The notes under the pieces were generated by a model. The model saw nothing but the letters and a program-made list of their open reading frames with translations, was not told where the DNA came from and made no database searches. A stretch of DNA of 64,000 nucleotides from Perna viridis (lineage: Eukaryota): NCBI GenBank assembly GCA_037379345.1, contig CM074514.1:33852001-33916000 (forward strand), given 5' to 3'. Positions 1 to 13,460 of this stretch are shown piece by piece; the first letter of the stretch is position 1; each line of letters opens with the position of its first letter. Position numbers and translations under genes: made by a program.

Positions 1-1770
1 ATGGCATGTTATTTGTAGAGAAATCCTATCTAGAGCCCAGTGTAAGGTTTGATAAAATTGTGCTGTTATATCCATGAAATGAATAGGCAAAGGTTATATA
101 CACATTTTTATTTTTTTTGGACAAAATAGGATAGAAAGACTGGATAGAAAAACTCAACAGCTGTTGCTTTTTTTATTACCAACCTTGTCAACTAGATAGG
201 AAAAAAAACAACATCTTCATTTGTTTTCCATATTTTAGGGGAAGGAGGGTTCATAGGTATAAATAAAAAAAAAAAAACTATAGCCTTTTCATTTAATATT
301 GCATTTTGATCTATAGCCTGTACCTCTGAAATTGAAAGTGACTCCAGTAACTTTATAATAATGTCAGGGTAGCTGCCTGTCCATCATGCATTTGGATGGA
401 TGTAACTGGCATTGCATTGTACCAATATTTTTCAAACTTGGATTAGTGTTTACATGTACAAGGCGATAAAATTAATTTTCCTACTTCCACAGTTACATTT
501 GCAATGTGGGTAGTATTTTCTTTAACATTTTAATACAATTTGAGAACCTATCAAGAATTTAAAACAGTGATTGATCGCAGAAACTCGAAAAAAAAAAAAG
601 TAGTGCAAAAATGTCATGGTTTACAGTACATCCTTTACATTAACATCTTTTGATCTGTATCTCAGGCCAATTTTGTTACATCCAAACCTTCAGGAAATGG
701 TGCTTAAAGCATTATACCTAGACCATGCAGATAGTACAAGCATGCATATGTCAAATTTCTTCAGATTTAACTTGAAAACTATTTGGAAATGAAAGTTTAG
801 TTTGATGGGTTGTACCATGTGTTTGACTTTCTCCTTGGTCAAGCATTTACTTCCTGTTTACAGATTTGTTGATTTTAAATTGGCTGGTGGCCTGTGGGGA
901 AAAATCCGATAATTTTCCTTTGACTAAATATCAGTGTGATATTTTTACATTAAAAATGACGAAATAATTCTTCAAGATATTTTTATATTGAAAATAAGCT
1001 TATATTAATCTTACTTGAAGGTTTTTTTTCTCTTTTACATAGTGTCCTTCTTGTTCAGTTTGATATAGTTGTCCATCTTGACATAATCTTATTAGGGGAT
1101 TTCACAGGAAAGATTATAAGCAGTATTGGAGACGCCATTGTCACAAGCACAAATTGACAATTTTTCTTTGAACGTGGTTTCTTCAGCGGTGACCTCCATT
1201 AATCTTGCAGTGCAACAGCAGGAATAGGGACTTTGCTCAGGATTATAATCTAGATGTCAACTATGTTTTATGAAGTTTGATCTGAGTCTGACAAAAGCTT
1301 TGATATATCAAAATGTTTATTCTCATGGGGGATTGCATTGATTTTGCATTATGGGGGGATTATTTATTGGACTCATCATGATACCTATTGTAAATCACTT
1401 GTACTTTTCTGAGATTGTCAGAAAATGAATAAAATTGACTTTGAAAGAAATATCTTGTATTTACATATAAAATTTCAATAATACAAGGATATGTAGATAA
1501 AAAATTTATATGATACATCATTATATTTGAAAAAAAGTTCAATTAAGGTTTTTTTTTTTTGTCCCCCCCCCCCACATGGGTGTGGGTGTCCTAGGTCTGC
1601 TTGATTGTTGATCAACATTTTTTGTGACAGCAAGCAAAATTTCAAAAACTATACTAAATAGTACAATTATTTTTTCAACATTTTTTACAGCCATAATAAA
1701 GGTGTGTGTATTAAGGTTTGGTCGATTATACTTCAACAATAACAAGAAGACCAAGTTATCAAATGTTCTT

Positions 1771-1979
1771 CAGTGAAACCTGTCTAAACCAAACCCCAAA
1801 TAACTCAAAAACCTGTCTAAACCAAATCCTGAATAAATCAAATATCTATCCTTACCAGACACTTTTAAAGTCCCTTATATCAATTTAGAAGTATTTTGAA
1901 CCTTGGTAAACCAAAAACCTGTCTAAAGTGAACCAACATCAAAGTCCAAAACGGGGTTTGGTTTAGACAGGTTTCAGTG
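1771..1979. mobile_element. Tc1/mariner (pogo-like) MITE
   Basis: 20-bp TIR CAGTGAAACCTGTCTAAACC / GGTTTAGACAGGTTTCAGTG (1 mismatch), internal ACCTGTCTAAA repeats, TA on the right flank. Confidence 0.75.
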
Positions 1980-4507
1980 TATGTATGAGCTTCAATTAAT
2001 TCTTGATAAGGGTACATTATTTTATTAGCTGGCTGTGGCACCAAACACCTGATTCAGTTCCACAGGAGTTTCTGTTTTAGTACATGCTTATTACTGTAAT
2101 ATGCCAAGGGAGAAGAATTTTCTCAATATTTCCCTTGATTTAATTGATTTGGCATTTTGACTTCTTTTTTTTTTGTCTAATACCAGTTTCAGTCCCTATC
2201 TGTTTTAGCACAAATTAGGCTATTTTACAATCACCTTGTCCGTCTGTCAGTCTGTTACACTTTATTGTAGCAGATAACTCAGCTTCCATTGTAGGGAATG
2301 TTTAGATAATTGGTAACCTCTTCATGAATTCTACTTCCTACTTTGTTCTGACACCCAGACTGTCATATTGTCATTCTGTAATTACATTTTGACATTCTAG
2401 TGCAACTCAATAAATTCACCCACTCTCTTTCTGCAGCAGTAGATAAATAAAGGAAATTACCCTTTATCTGAAACATTAATCTCACTCAGATCGTCCCCAA
2501 TCTTGATGTCTTTTCCCAAGAAATTTACCATGTATAGATTTATAGCATTGCTAAATGAAAAATCACTTTCCGTTAGGGGCTAAATAAAACCGTCACATAT
2601 CATGAGAAAATCTTATATTTTATTAAAGATATCGTTGTTATGTAACAAGATAGACGTAGGTCTATGGAAATTTTGTTTATCGGTTAATTCACATGATTTG
2701 TTGTTATCAGTTTTATGAAATGTATTGGTATAGTAGGTGCCTACTGGTCTACAAACATGACATGTCTTTTAGGCTTTTCAGATTTTTGTGGTCAGACTTT
2801 GATGTTTAGGCTATTTTATATATGCCAATTTTTGTAGAGAATCATGTTTGACTGCAGGAAATTTATGTATTGATTTTAAATGGGTAACATTAAAGATGTC
2901 CCATATCAACTTTGTGTCAGAAGAATTTCATGTATTTCAATTATTTTATGATGTAGAGGATACAACATTTATATAATGACAACTTCAGAGAATATTTTTT
3001 AGGTTTCAACATTTTTTGTCTTTTGACCTAGGCTGTAGTATGTGGTTTGCATACTATGACAACTCAAGATCAAATGGTAACCAGAGCATTTTTTTACTAC
3101 AATTCTCCTAGCAATGGTTGAAAGCACCAAAGCTCATGTGTATGCTGTCCATCAACAGCACCGTAAGAGAATGTCATTCTAATAAAAAAATAAGTGTTAT
3201 GTAAACAAATTCCTGCAAAGTAAAATCTTAACAAATGCTTCTCACTTCAAAATTGAAAAAAAAAACAATTTGAGTTGCATATCATATAACAGAATGTAGA
3301 AGGTCAAAGGTTAAGGTCACTACACTACAAAAAAAGAGAACATAGAAGTGTTTATCTTATTCAATTAAATGTAACCTCTTTGATCTTAACTCAACATTCC
3401 AGTATATATCAAGTTATAGTTAGAAGATCTACATACAAAGCAAGTTGATATTGAAGCACCTGTTTATGAAAGCTAACTTACATCATTTGCATGACATCTT
3501 GTGCTGGCTGGTCTAGCCTCATCAACAACCATGAAAATTCTCTTTGTACAATATCAGGATTAGTAGTTTTCTAGACTTAGTCAGGGTCACATTTCCTTTT
3601 TTTCCTGATATTGGATTCTAAATCTAATTACAGAGAGTGCATGTTGACATGCAATTAGATTATATGGACCATTTTTTGATTGATTTATTGTGCTATTTGC
3701 ATGTCTGTTAACGATACAAGCACACCTGATCCTAATTTGGTCTGTATTACTTGTACTTTTATTGTAATGAAGAAGTCAGGCATTCAAATAAAGTGTTCAT
3801 TTCATCATTTTATGGCTAATCCACACAAGTATCTGGCAGTGTGTGGATTGATACAACCTTGGATTTATTTTTTTTTAACTTTGATATGTCATTTGTGTTC
3901 ATATCATGAAGTTTGGTCATAATATTTCATTTCGAATGATTCTAACCTACACTATTATATCCCCATAGTACTTATTATGCATGGATTTTATTACAGATTA
4001 CTTATATGGATATGGATTTAAGTGTATATCTGCCTTAGAAAATTAAATGTGAAAATGTGAAAAATTTAGTGCGGTAACTTGATTTTCACAAGTCCCCCTC
4101 CTCCATCCCGAACACATTTGCTCTCCATTTATTAATTTATTTTGTTTAAGTCCTCCCCTTTCAACCAAAATTCCATATTAAGATAAGTACAGATCTTCAA
4201 AATCTATCTGTCTGTATATGGTTCTGTCAGAAAACTGTCGAATTGCAAACTAATGTCACATCACCTGTTTCTTATCACTTTAATTGTCTTGCATGAATTT
4301 TATCAAGATCACTGTTTTAAACATTGAAGTGTGCAGTATGGTTTTATGGTCACTGTCATGTAATGATTATGTAATCATCAAAGTTTTGATACACTCATAA
4401 AAGGAGATTTTAATGCTAGTAGCTCTTTATCACAAGATATGCGCATCTGCACTAGCTCATTAAAAAGTAGTAGAATAAAAAGTTTCAACTCGTATTTAGG
4501 ATCATTG

Positions 4508-4722
4508 CAGGGGTAGAAATAAAAGTGCTTTCTCTGGCTCTGGCAAGATAAAATCATGCATTTAGAGTTTGCCCACTGCCCACTTGACCAGTTATCAAAT
4601 TTTAGACGTTTTGTTTCTGTTTTGCATAGCATATGGGCATGCAACTTTATTCCAGGCTAGTTCAGTTTTGGCAAAACTTGCCCGCTTGACCGATTAGACA
4701 AATTTTCTTATTTTTACCCCTG
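4508..4722. mobile_element. hAT-like MITE
   Basis: 15-bp TIR CAGGGGTAGAAATAA / TTATTTTTACCCCTG (1 mismatch) and internal TTGCCC repeats; no 8-bp TSD recognisable. Confidence 0.6.
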
Positions 4723-6824
4723 TCAAGATTTATTCTTTTCTTATATAACTCCCTATTAATGATGTTGAGAAATTCTGTCTGCCTATTATAGTAAAGTGGG
4801 GACAACATTAGTTTTTGACACACTTAAGTATAGGGAGTTACAGTTCATTTTGGACACCTATACAACAAGTACTTTAGACTCTTAATATAGAACTAAATTT
4901 AAAAGTCAATTAATGGTGGAAAAAGTTCTGCTTTTAAGGGTGCTAATCAAAGACCATAGCCTTTTTCCTGGTAACTAAAAAGAGCATGATAGATGTAAAT
5001 TTGATAGAAAATGCAGGCATGGCCTTTCATAAGGAATCCAAATAAAAAGATAAAAGAATTAAAAATCAGATCCCCTCCCCCCCCCAAAAAAAAAAGAAAA
5101 AAAGAAAATTTTTGGTGTAATGCACTTCACTCCCTAATAGTACATGATACTAATCAAAAACTGTAAGAAATATGTGAAATCTGTTTGGAGTCTGTATTTT
5201 TTTCAGTTCCAGACCAAGAATAATAAAAAATGATTTTTTGGACGTGTCCACCCTTAAGAGATAACTTTAATCTGGTTGAAAAACATAGGCAAAGATTTTA
5301 TATATGGAATCAAATAAAGAAAATTTCAAAATCTGATAATAAATTAAAAAGGTTGATATTTGGGTGGGGGTGGGGGTGGGGGCATGGCTCATTACTGCAC
5401 TCTTTAAACTCCAAAAAGATTAAAGATAAGTCTACCCTATGAAAAAACTGTTAAAACATAATTTCGAAAGGAACACATTGACGTGTGAAATAAAACAACA
5501 AAATTTAACACTTTCTATCAATTCCAGTGATAAAATCCATTTCCTCCTTGTAGACCCTTATTTTGAAAAGGGGGAGGCAAAAACTAAAGGGCCCTCCATC
5601 ATGTCCCTAGAAACAATGAGTTAATAAATTTAAACAAATCAGATGTTTTTTTCTCAAGTTATTCTAAGTAAATGAAAGTTAATAGAGGCAGGTGACAGAC
5701 AGGGTGATACCAAAAAATTATTGTGTAGTTATATAAAAACCACAAATTGAGTAGAACATGACCAATATGGCCATGTTTTGATTAAAATATACCACAAGTA
5801 AAGATTTCCTTCAGCTACCATCTTCGCCTGGTTTTGTATTATTTTACTATTGTTGGGATGATAATCCTTGCTTATTTTAGAAAAAACAGGGTTTAAAAAC
5901 CTAGAGCATGTGCTTTCTTCTTTGCTGGCAATGGAGAAAAATAAAATTTCAAATACTATGTAATTCCTGATTGAAGTTATTTAATTTGAATAGAAACACA
6001 TTGATGAGATGACACTGAATTTAAGAGCTTGTCTTTGCAGTGATAATGTGATTGAAAAACATCCATTTTGAATTGAAATTGCTGTTTCTGGTGGTGTCAG
6101 ATCAATTAAAGTTTCCTTTTGTATGCAGAAAATATGCATCAGTGTTTTATAATTGCTTTTAAGTCGTTAAAAGGTTTACTTTGGTTTTTCTCTCTCAATT
6201 TTAAAGATGTAATTAATGTCCTTTTGCACCAACTGTCTGTTTTTGATGTATTTAATGATTTGTAGATTTTTCTTCTCACTGATCGAGATGACTTAAATCA
6301 TTTTAGACTTTCTTAAAGAACAATTTTAACATTTTGAAAAGAAGATTCTTTATCTGCAGGTGGTGTACTGTCTAATTCAAATTAGGGATTTGATGTGGCA
6401 ATTATTACTGCTCAAGGTTTTGAGCATTTCAAGTCATGCCTCCAAAATTTTGATTTTAATTGATCCAGACTTTAAGGACTAGGTTTCTAAACATTGATGT
6501 AATTAAAAGCTATACCTCTTACTCTATTGATTTTCAAGGTTAAAGGTTGAAGGTCATAAAGGGTAAAAATTTTTCTTTGCAAAGTGATGTCCCTTGTTTG
6601 ATATTACATGCTCTGCTGAAGGTCTTTTGAGACCAAGTGTGGCTGATGTTAATAAGAATAAACACTGTATTCCTGGTAAATTTACCTATAAAAATATTAG
6701 ACTTATACTGATAATAGTAAAACTTACAGAATACAAATGCAGTTCTTACCCTCTGATAGCTGAAAATAACAAATTGTCCAAGATCAGTCTGATAGTCATT
6801 GTCTATCGACACATTTTTTTTTAA

Positions 6825-7160
6825 AACTGACTGTGATTAGTTACTGACGACTGCAAGACATTAATTTCATGAATTACTGACTGTCATAGCTGATTGTCTT
6901 ATTTTTGCACCAAGTGACAGTGATAGGTTACTTACATACATGATATCTAGAGGGGGTCATTGATTACTGACAGTCATGGCTCATTGACATAGTTCACCAA
7001 CTGACAGTAATTGGTTGCTGTCATTCATGGCATCAACTGGAGTGCTCACAGACAAAACTTATTGAAATATTTTACACCAACTGACAATACTTGGTTACTG
7101 GCAAATTTGTACAAATTGGCAGAAAATTCAAATTACTGACATCACAGACACACACTGACT
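6825..7160 (+). repeat. Degenerate ~84-bp tandem repeat rich in ACTGAC/TGACAG
   Basis: CACCAA.TGACA.T..T.GGTT.CT recurs near 6908, 6995 and 7075. Confidence 0.6.
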
Positions 7161-7958
7161 TGTTACAACTTTCAGTAGACTGTTGATAAATTGATGTAAA
7201 TGTAAATAAATTTATATAACATCACCAGTCACTTTATAAAGATGATCATTAAGGACACCTGACCTATATCGATTAACTTATTCTGAATATTAATTACCAT
7301 ATCTCAATTTGCACTTGTTACCTCTAAGTATCCAACAGCTGCTGATGAAAAAACCTAATTCAAAATTAAATAAATTTGGAGAATGGCAGGTATATACTGA
7401 ATACTAATTGTGTATCATACTGTTTGCTTAATGATTTTGCTCATTTTTTTTTTAATGTTGGATGGGATAAGTGCTGTGTCATATTTGAATTGTTCCAGAT
7501 TAGTTGATAGCGATTAGGACTTGATAAGGCATGGGGAAAGAAATTGAATGGGGTTTGCACAATACTCGGGAAATTATGAAGTGCTTTATCATGCTGCCTT
7601 AAATGTTGAAAACTACCATACATGTCACTTGAACAACCATCTTGTAATAGGTATTTGGTGGTATTAAGAAAATTTACTTACAATTTAAAAAAGTAAATTA
7701 TTTGCCAAAGAAAAGAATAAACAGAACAAGAAATTATATCAGCTGTTTAACATATTTGCACACTGTTTGGTAAATTTTGTATACAGATTTAACAAAAGGA
7801 AGTCTTCAAGTTTTAAGGTATTGAAATTACAAATAAATGTTTGTGTAGGTGAATGTGGAAATGTACATCCGTCAGAATTAATTTTGGCATAACACTTCAT
7901 TGGAATGATATCAAATATGGTGTGCAGTATGTTCCTGCATGAACACCCACTTTTGTAA

Positions 7959-8197
7959 TTATACCCCCGCTCTGTAAAGAGGGGGTATACTGTTTTACCA
8001 ATGTCTGTCATTCTGTCATTCCATCATTCCACTACAGATTTCTCAGCTTCTGTTGGATGGCATTCTTAGATAATTGGTTTATTGCATTTGATGGCTTGTA
8101 CCATGTCTTCCCTTTTCAGGTTTCTCGCTCATCTACTTCCTGTTCACCAAAAACATGTAGGTATCACTAGTGTGCTGTCCCTTACAAATTTTTTGTT
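7959..8197 (+). mobile_element. Short HINE/pearl-like element (TATACCCCC...GGGGGTATA type)
   Basis: 5' inverted repeat TATACCCCC-gctctgtaaagag-GGGGGTATA, a (CTGT/CCAT)n microsatellite and a 3' GGTATCACTAGTGTGCT end. Related fragments lie near 2190-2340, 51595-51720 and 59230-59315. Confidence 0.6.
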
Positions 8198-8474
8198 TAG
8201 TGTTGTAGATCTTTATCAGACAAAGTAAAAGCAAGAAGACCATGATTAGAATAAGGTTCAGCTAGGATATTCATAATCCAGGGACATAAATTTAACCACA
8301 AATACAGAAAAAAACTCCATAAAAAACACAAATTAAATAAAATGTAAGGACTTCATGATATGTATTAAAAATTAAATGGCATAAGTTATCATTGTAGTCA
8401 AGCACTTTGAACTTCCTCTTTGAAGGTTGAATTATTAAGGGTTGTCTTTGTTTCCCATGTCTTACAGAACCACC

Positions 8475-8740
8475 TTTAGCTGCAACCATTGTCGTCGTCT
8501 TATTTGGTCTTTGCCATTAACAGTTTGACAAAAATCTTCTCATTTGAAACTACTGGACCAATTTTAACCAAATCTGGTATCAATGTTCCTTGGGTTTTCT
8601 GCCCAAAGTTGTGATGGGGATTTTTGATCCATAGAAAAACATGGCCATTGTTACTAAAAATAGACCATAGGTGTCTTAATGCCAGTATTTCACCTATATT
8701 TTCTAGTTTTTATCAAAATCAGAAAAAATGGAACAATGAA
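8475..8740 (+). mobile_element. Partial HINE of the same family
   Basis: TTTAGCT, GTCGTCGTC, AAAAATCTT...GAAACTACTGGACCAATT...GGGGATTTTTGATCC...AACATGGCC...TACTAAAAATAGA shared with the 38.3 kb and 39.6 kb copies. Confidence 0.7.
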
Positions 8741-11700
8741 ATATCTACTGACCTTGACATATTCAAATGAGATTAGTACATACAGATATGATATGCTGCC
8801 TCGTGAAAGATGAGCAACAAATTTACATGAGAATAAAACAGTTGCCCTGAAGGAAAATGTTAAAATTTACAATTTATAATCATATTTCATATGAAATAAT
8901 TTGTAATGTAAGTTTTTAACACAATTGATGCACAAATTATAAGATGTTTTATTGTGCTACTCTGTATGTATTTTACTCCATCCCACCAACATTGTTTAGT
9001 AGTTTATTTTTTTTCTTATATTTGCAGTAGACTATCGACACAAAATTCAAATAATTGCCCCCAAAATTTAGAGATTTTCCACATTATGCAAAATATGTGG
9101 GTTTTTTTCTGAGATCGCAAGATGGTTCCCTTGAAGAAGTTGTTGCTGTTGAAAGGTAAAAAATTAGTTTGTCTATCTTGTCAATAGCAAAAAAGATCAG
9201 ATATGGTAAAATGCAACAAATGCACCATTGTTTAACCTTTCTAAAGATAGAAAAAACTTACGGAGGTCATGAAATGTCTTCAATAAGTGTAAACACACCT
9301 TCAGGTAAGCTTTGAAAGGCTCCTACAACAAAAGAAATGAAATCCATGGTAACAGAACGACAAGGATCCTATTGGTTTTGACTTGTGCACATTTCTTTTT
9401 GCTTTAACCCAATTAGAGCTTGTCATTTAGAGTGAGTCCTGTCCCAATTAATATAAAAGCTGAATGGTGCTATTTTGTGTTTTTGGTCAGTTTGTTTTTG
9501 GTTTGCCTTTCCCATGGATATATACCAAACACCTGTATTTCTTCTATATTTTTACTATTAAAATATTGGGCCAGAATTCACATGATAATTAATATTCTTA
9601 CATATTTACAAATGATTGTGGGAAATGAGTAAGAAAATGATTTTTTATCATCAGAAGTCAAGGACATTTGATCTAGGGACCCTATCATGTCTTTAAGTGA
9701 AGAGCAGACAAAATTAATTTTTTGGTCGAGTTTTGATTAACTTAGAATCATTTTCGTTGACAGTTTCATTAAAAGATTTAATCCTATTTTGTATGTTCTA
9801 GACTGTTTGATTGACAATTTTTCATTCTTTATGCAGTTTTCTCTAGATGAAGCTAAAGATTAGCCTTTTTTATTCAACTGTAGGTATACTTCTTTGCCCT
9901 AATTAAGTAGAAAGAAGACATGCACTAGAAATTTCTTCTGAAAAAAATCTCAATTAAAAACCTGATAGAAATGAAGATAGAAAACTTAATACACAACATA
10001 AAAATCTCTAAGGAGTTCGTTATTTTTACAACAGCGTAGAATGTTCATCATTTTCACTTCTGTGATCAAGGTTTTTGCAGAATCAAGTTAACTTTGGGAA
10101 AAAACTATTTTCTCTGTCTACCTACCCAGAGCCATAAGGTAGAGGAAACAAACACTTTTTTGATGTGGCCCCAGATATGTTTTTTTTGTTTTGTTTTTTT
10201 GTCATGAACATTTTCTATAAAGAAAATAAAACTTCATTTAATGTTTGACTTATACTTATTAAAGTAATGTTAAGGGAAAAAAAAAAGAACTTGATTGTAA
10301 TCTTACTGATAAATAGCAATGGAAACAAATCTGGCAAAAGGCAGGTCTTTGGCCCATTTGGAAAACTGTACATAATTGTTGGAACTTGGAATTCAATTAA
10401 TTAATGATTAAGCCTGGACCATAGTACAAACCTGCCAAATATAGCATTTGTACAGTACATTCAGTAGGTTACCCATTGTACAATCCATTCACCTTGTACA
10501 CTTCAACATCTCTTTTTAATATGTTCAGGGTATATGCAGTGACAGTTAAATTAAAATTTACCGATAAAACTGCATTTAAATTACATAACAGGCCTGCCAC
10601 CCACCCTTAGTAATAATAGGGGCATATTTGATTTACACCAAAAAATGTCTAATCGGTTACCTGATATGGAAACCAATCTCATTCAAGCAAGCTTTAAAAT
10701 GTCTATTATACTTTGTGGATGTGATTGTTCGGAGTATCACATATCAAAATTTTAGCCTTGAGACCCAGTTCTTTGTTATACAAAACTTTGATTATTTGAA
10801 ATTGCATTTATATATGTATATGTTTAAAAAAATCTGTCTGGGTTTTTTAGTTACCAGTCAATGGAAGTATTGGTCTTGTAGTTTTTTTTTTCAATCTGTT
10901 CGCTCTTTTAAAGGACTGTCTGTCCATCTGTTGCACTACCACAGTAAAAAATTGAGGTTGTGTTTTATTGTGGTTCTGTCATGTTCATTATCTTTGTCTT
11001 CATCTTTAGACGCTTTGATTCTGTACAGTAACTTTAATTTCTGTATGCCTGTCTTCTCATAGACATTTTATTGTGTATGTTTTCAACTATCTGTCCTTCC
11101 GGCAGTGTAATGCATTGTTTGATAAATCAAAATAATCTCAGGAGATTTAAGAATTTGTTGGAACTGTTTAGTTCTATGTTTGGATCAAATAAAGATAGCT
11201 TCCATTTGTAATTCATTGATTCATTGATGTCCACTTTTTTAACACCCTCCCCAAATTGTAGTTTGGGATCCTATATGAACCCTATTTGTTTTACATGATG
11301 GGTATGTGTCTGTCTTTTATGCATGTCCCACTAACCTGTCCAATTGATAAGTTGAGAACAGATCAGTCTTATATACCAGTAATTCTTTTGAATTTTAAAA
11401 TACACTTTGAATATAATTTTCAAGCTTTTGGGTTCTGCTGTTTTGGGTATTTGCCTTCTCTCATTTTGTGTAATTTCAAGTTGATAACATGGAAAACACA
11501 TTAAAAATTTTTATTCAACTTTGAACTTTAGTTTAGTACTGAACTTTGAACTTTAGCTTAGTACTGTTGAATACAGATCTAATTTAATTTTGGTGAATTC
11601 CCATTTTAATTTTTTTGTTTTGGTGTTTTCAGTTATGTTTTACTATCCCAACTATTTGCATATGATAACTTGAGAATGGATTGAATTTTTTTCTCTCCAA

Positions 11701-12004
11701 AGTTTTGATATTGGATGTGCATAGATTTACATGTACCCCTGTTTCTCTACCACGTCTTGGTTAAATTTGATGTCTTGTTAGAAGCCCACAAAGGGGAGGC
11801 AGACAATTTTTTTGCCTTATTCAAAACTTTTACTAATTTCATAGATCTAAATATATCTTTTATGTATTTCATATAGATAAGTTATACTAGTATGCTATCA
11901 AAAGTATTCTTGACAATCTTAAAACTAAACTCTACGCATGAAAAACAACTCATAATAGATTTAATGCTTACCTAAACCAAGCTGCATTTTCATCTTAATC
12001 AGGT

Positions 12005-12197
12005 GCGGATTGCTGTTGCCGTAGTGGGGTGACCTATCTACTTCCCTCTCCTGAAAAATACTGGCACTGTAGAATTCTGGCTTAAATTGTGTGCTGATCT
12101 TGAAACAAGGCAGGACATGTTGGATTTATCTACCTTTTTTTTTCTGTAATGTATGAAATATATGCTGTAAGATGTTAAACACCAATCAATCAATCAA
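12005..12197 (+). mobile_element. SINE 3' portion with (CAAT)n tail
   Basis: Ends in GAAATATGCTGTAAGATGTTAAACACCAATCAATCAATCAA. A similar tail, GAAATATTGCTGCTTGGACATTAAACCCCAACAATCAATC, is at 40851-40890. Confidence 0.5.
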
Positions 12198-12439
12198 GTA
12201 AAATGCTGAAAAATGTTTATTTCAGTGATTATTCTTTGTTTAACAAATGTTTTGATTTCAATATGTATAATACTGGTAGTATTATTTTTTTTTAAATGAT
12301 AAATGAGAAAATCAGATACATATTCAGTTTATATTATTCAACCTGTCACAAGATTTTTATTGAACATCTGTTTGCTAGCCATTTAGTTCATTTTCATAAA
12401 CATGTTGTCTCCTCAATTATGCATTCCATGTTATATTAT

Positions 12440-12900
12440 AACATTTCAACATAAATGGATCCCACTAATTATTTTTTTTTTGTAATCAGAAAATTGAAAA
12501 ATATTTTAAAAAGTAGGCTTTGACAAATATAGATCCCAACAATTATTGTTTTGTGACCAGAAAATCGAGAGATAGCTGTGATAAAAAGAGGGCTTTAACA
12601 TGTATAGATCTGGCTAATTATTTTTTAGAGACAAAACTTTTTAAAAAAATGTATCCAAATGGTAGGCTTTTGACAAGTATAAATTTGTCTATACAATTGT
12701 TGTTTTGCAACCAGTAATTTTGAAGAAAAAAAAATTTTAGAATGTGATCTTTGACAAGTATTGATCTTGAAATTATTGTTTTGGAGCTTAAGTGTAAATA
12801 TGGCTATATAATCATTGTTTTGATAGTGGAATCGAAAAATAATGTACAAAAGAGGGGTTTAACTGGTATAGATCCCATTTTTATTTGCATTCAGAAATTA
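12440..12900 (+). repeat. Degenerate ~75-bp tandem repeat
   Basis: GGCTTTRACA..TATAGATC....AATTATT.TTT units starting near 12446, 12520, 12595, 12670, 12751 and 12859. Confidence 0.7.
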
Positions 12901-13210
12901 TACAAGAAATCTATGGGGAAAAAAAGAAATGGATGATTTGTATTTGACAATATTGACATTTCATTATTAACATTTTTAGACCAAAAACGCCCACTAATAA
13001 AAGACTTCTGATGACCATTGATATTGTTAGCTGTAACTTACCGTTACTTCAGAATTGAAGTTATTTCCCTGGGGAGAGTTTCCTTTTTTTATTTGCATTT
13101 CACATGTTCAGGACCAACAAAAGAAATATACGAACAAACAAATGTTTAGAGCTAGCATAATAACTGATAAAAAAAACACATTAAAAACTTAAGTGTAATT
13201 AAGTATTTAG

Positions 13211-13460
13211 GGAGGGTATGGCTGAATGGTTAAGGCAATGGGCTAGGGCTAGCATTCACAAGGTCAAAATAACTATCTGTTTGAGTCCAAAATGTGTCCA
13301 GATTTCTAGGCACCATTTCACTGATTTTCAAACCTGGAGTTTTGGCTTTCCTCCCCCACAATCCTGGCAACCATACAAAAACTTCATACTCATGGTAGCC
13401 ACACAGTGGAACATCTCACCGTTGGTCGAAAAGCTCCACAGGGTTACAGTTGATATTCAT
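13211..13460 (+). mobile_element. Degenerate tRNA-derived SINE
   Basis: A-box TGGCTGAATGG (13219-13229) and B-box-like GTTTGAGTCC (13279-13288), followed by a TTTCCTCCCCCACAA body; no complete cloverleaf. Confidence 0.5.

Noticed and set aside
4934-5257. TTAA-flanked element GGGTG...CACCC (also 44652-44933)
   Set aside because: Inverted termini of only 5-7 bp; plausible old Kolobok-like MITEs but too weak to call.
13211-13295. tRNA gene
   Set aside because: A and B boxes are present but there are no acceptor or anticodon stems; it continues into a SINE-like body.
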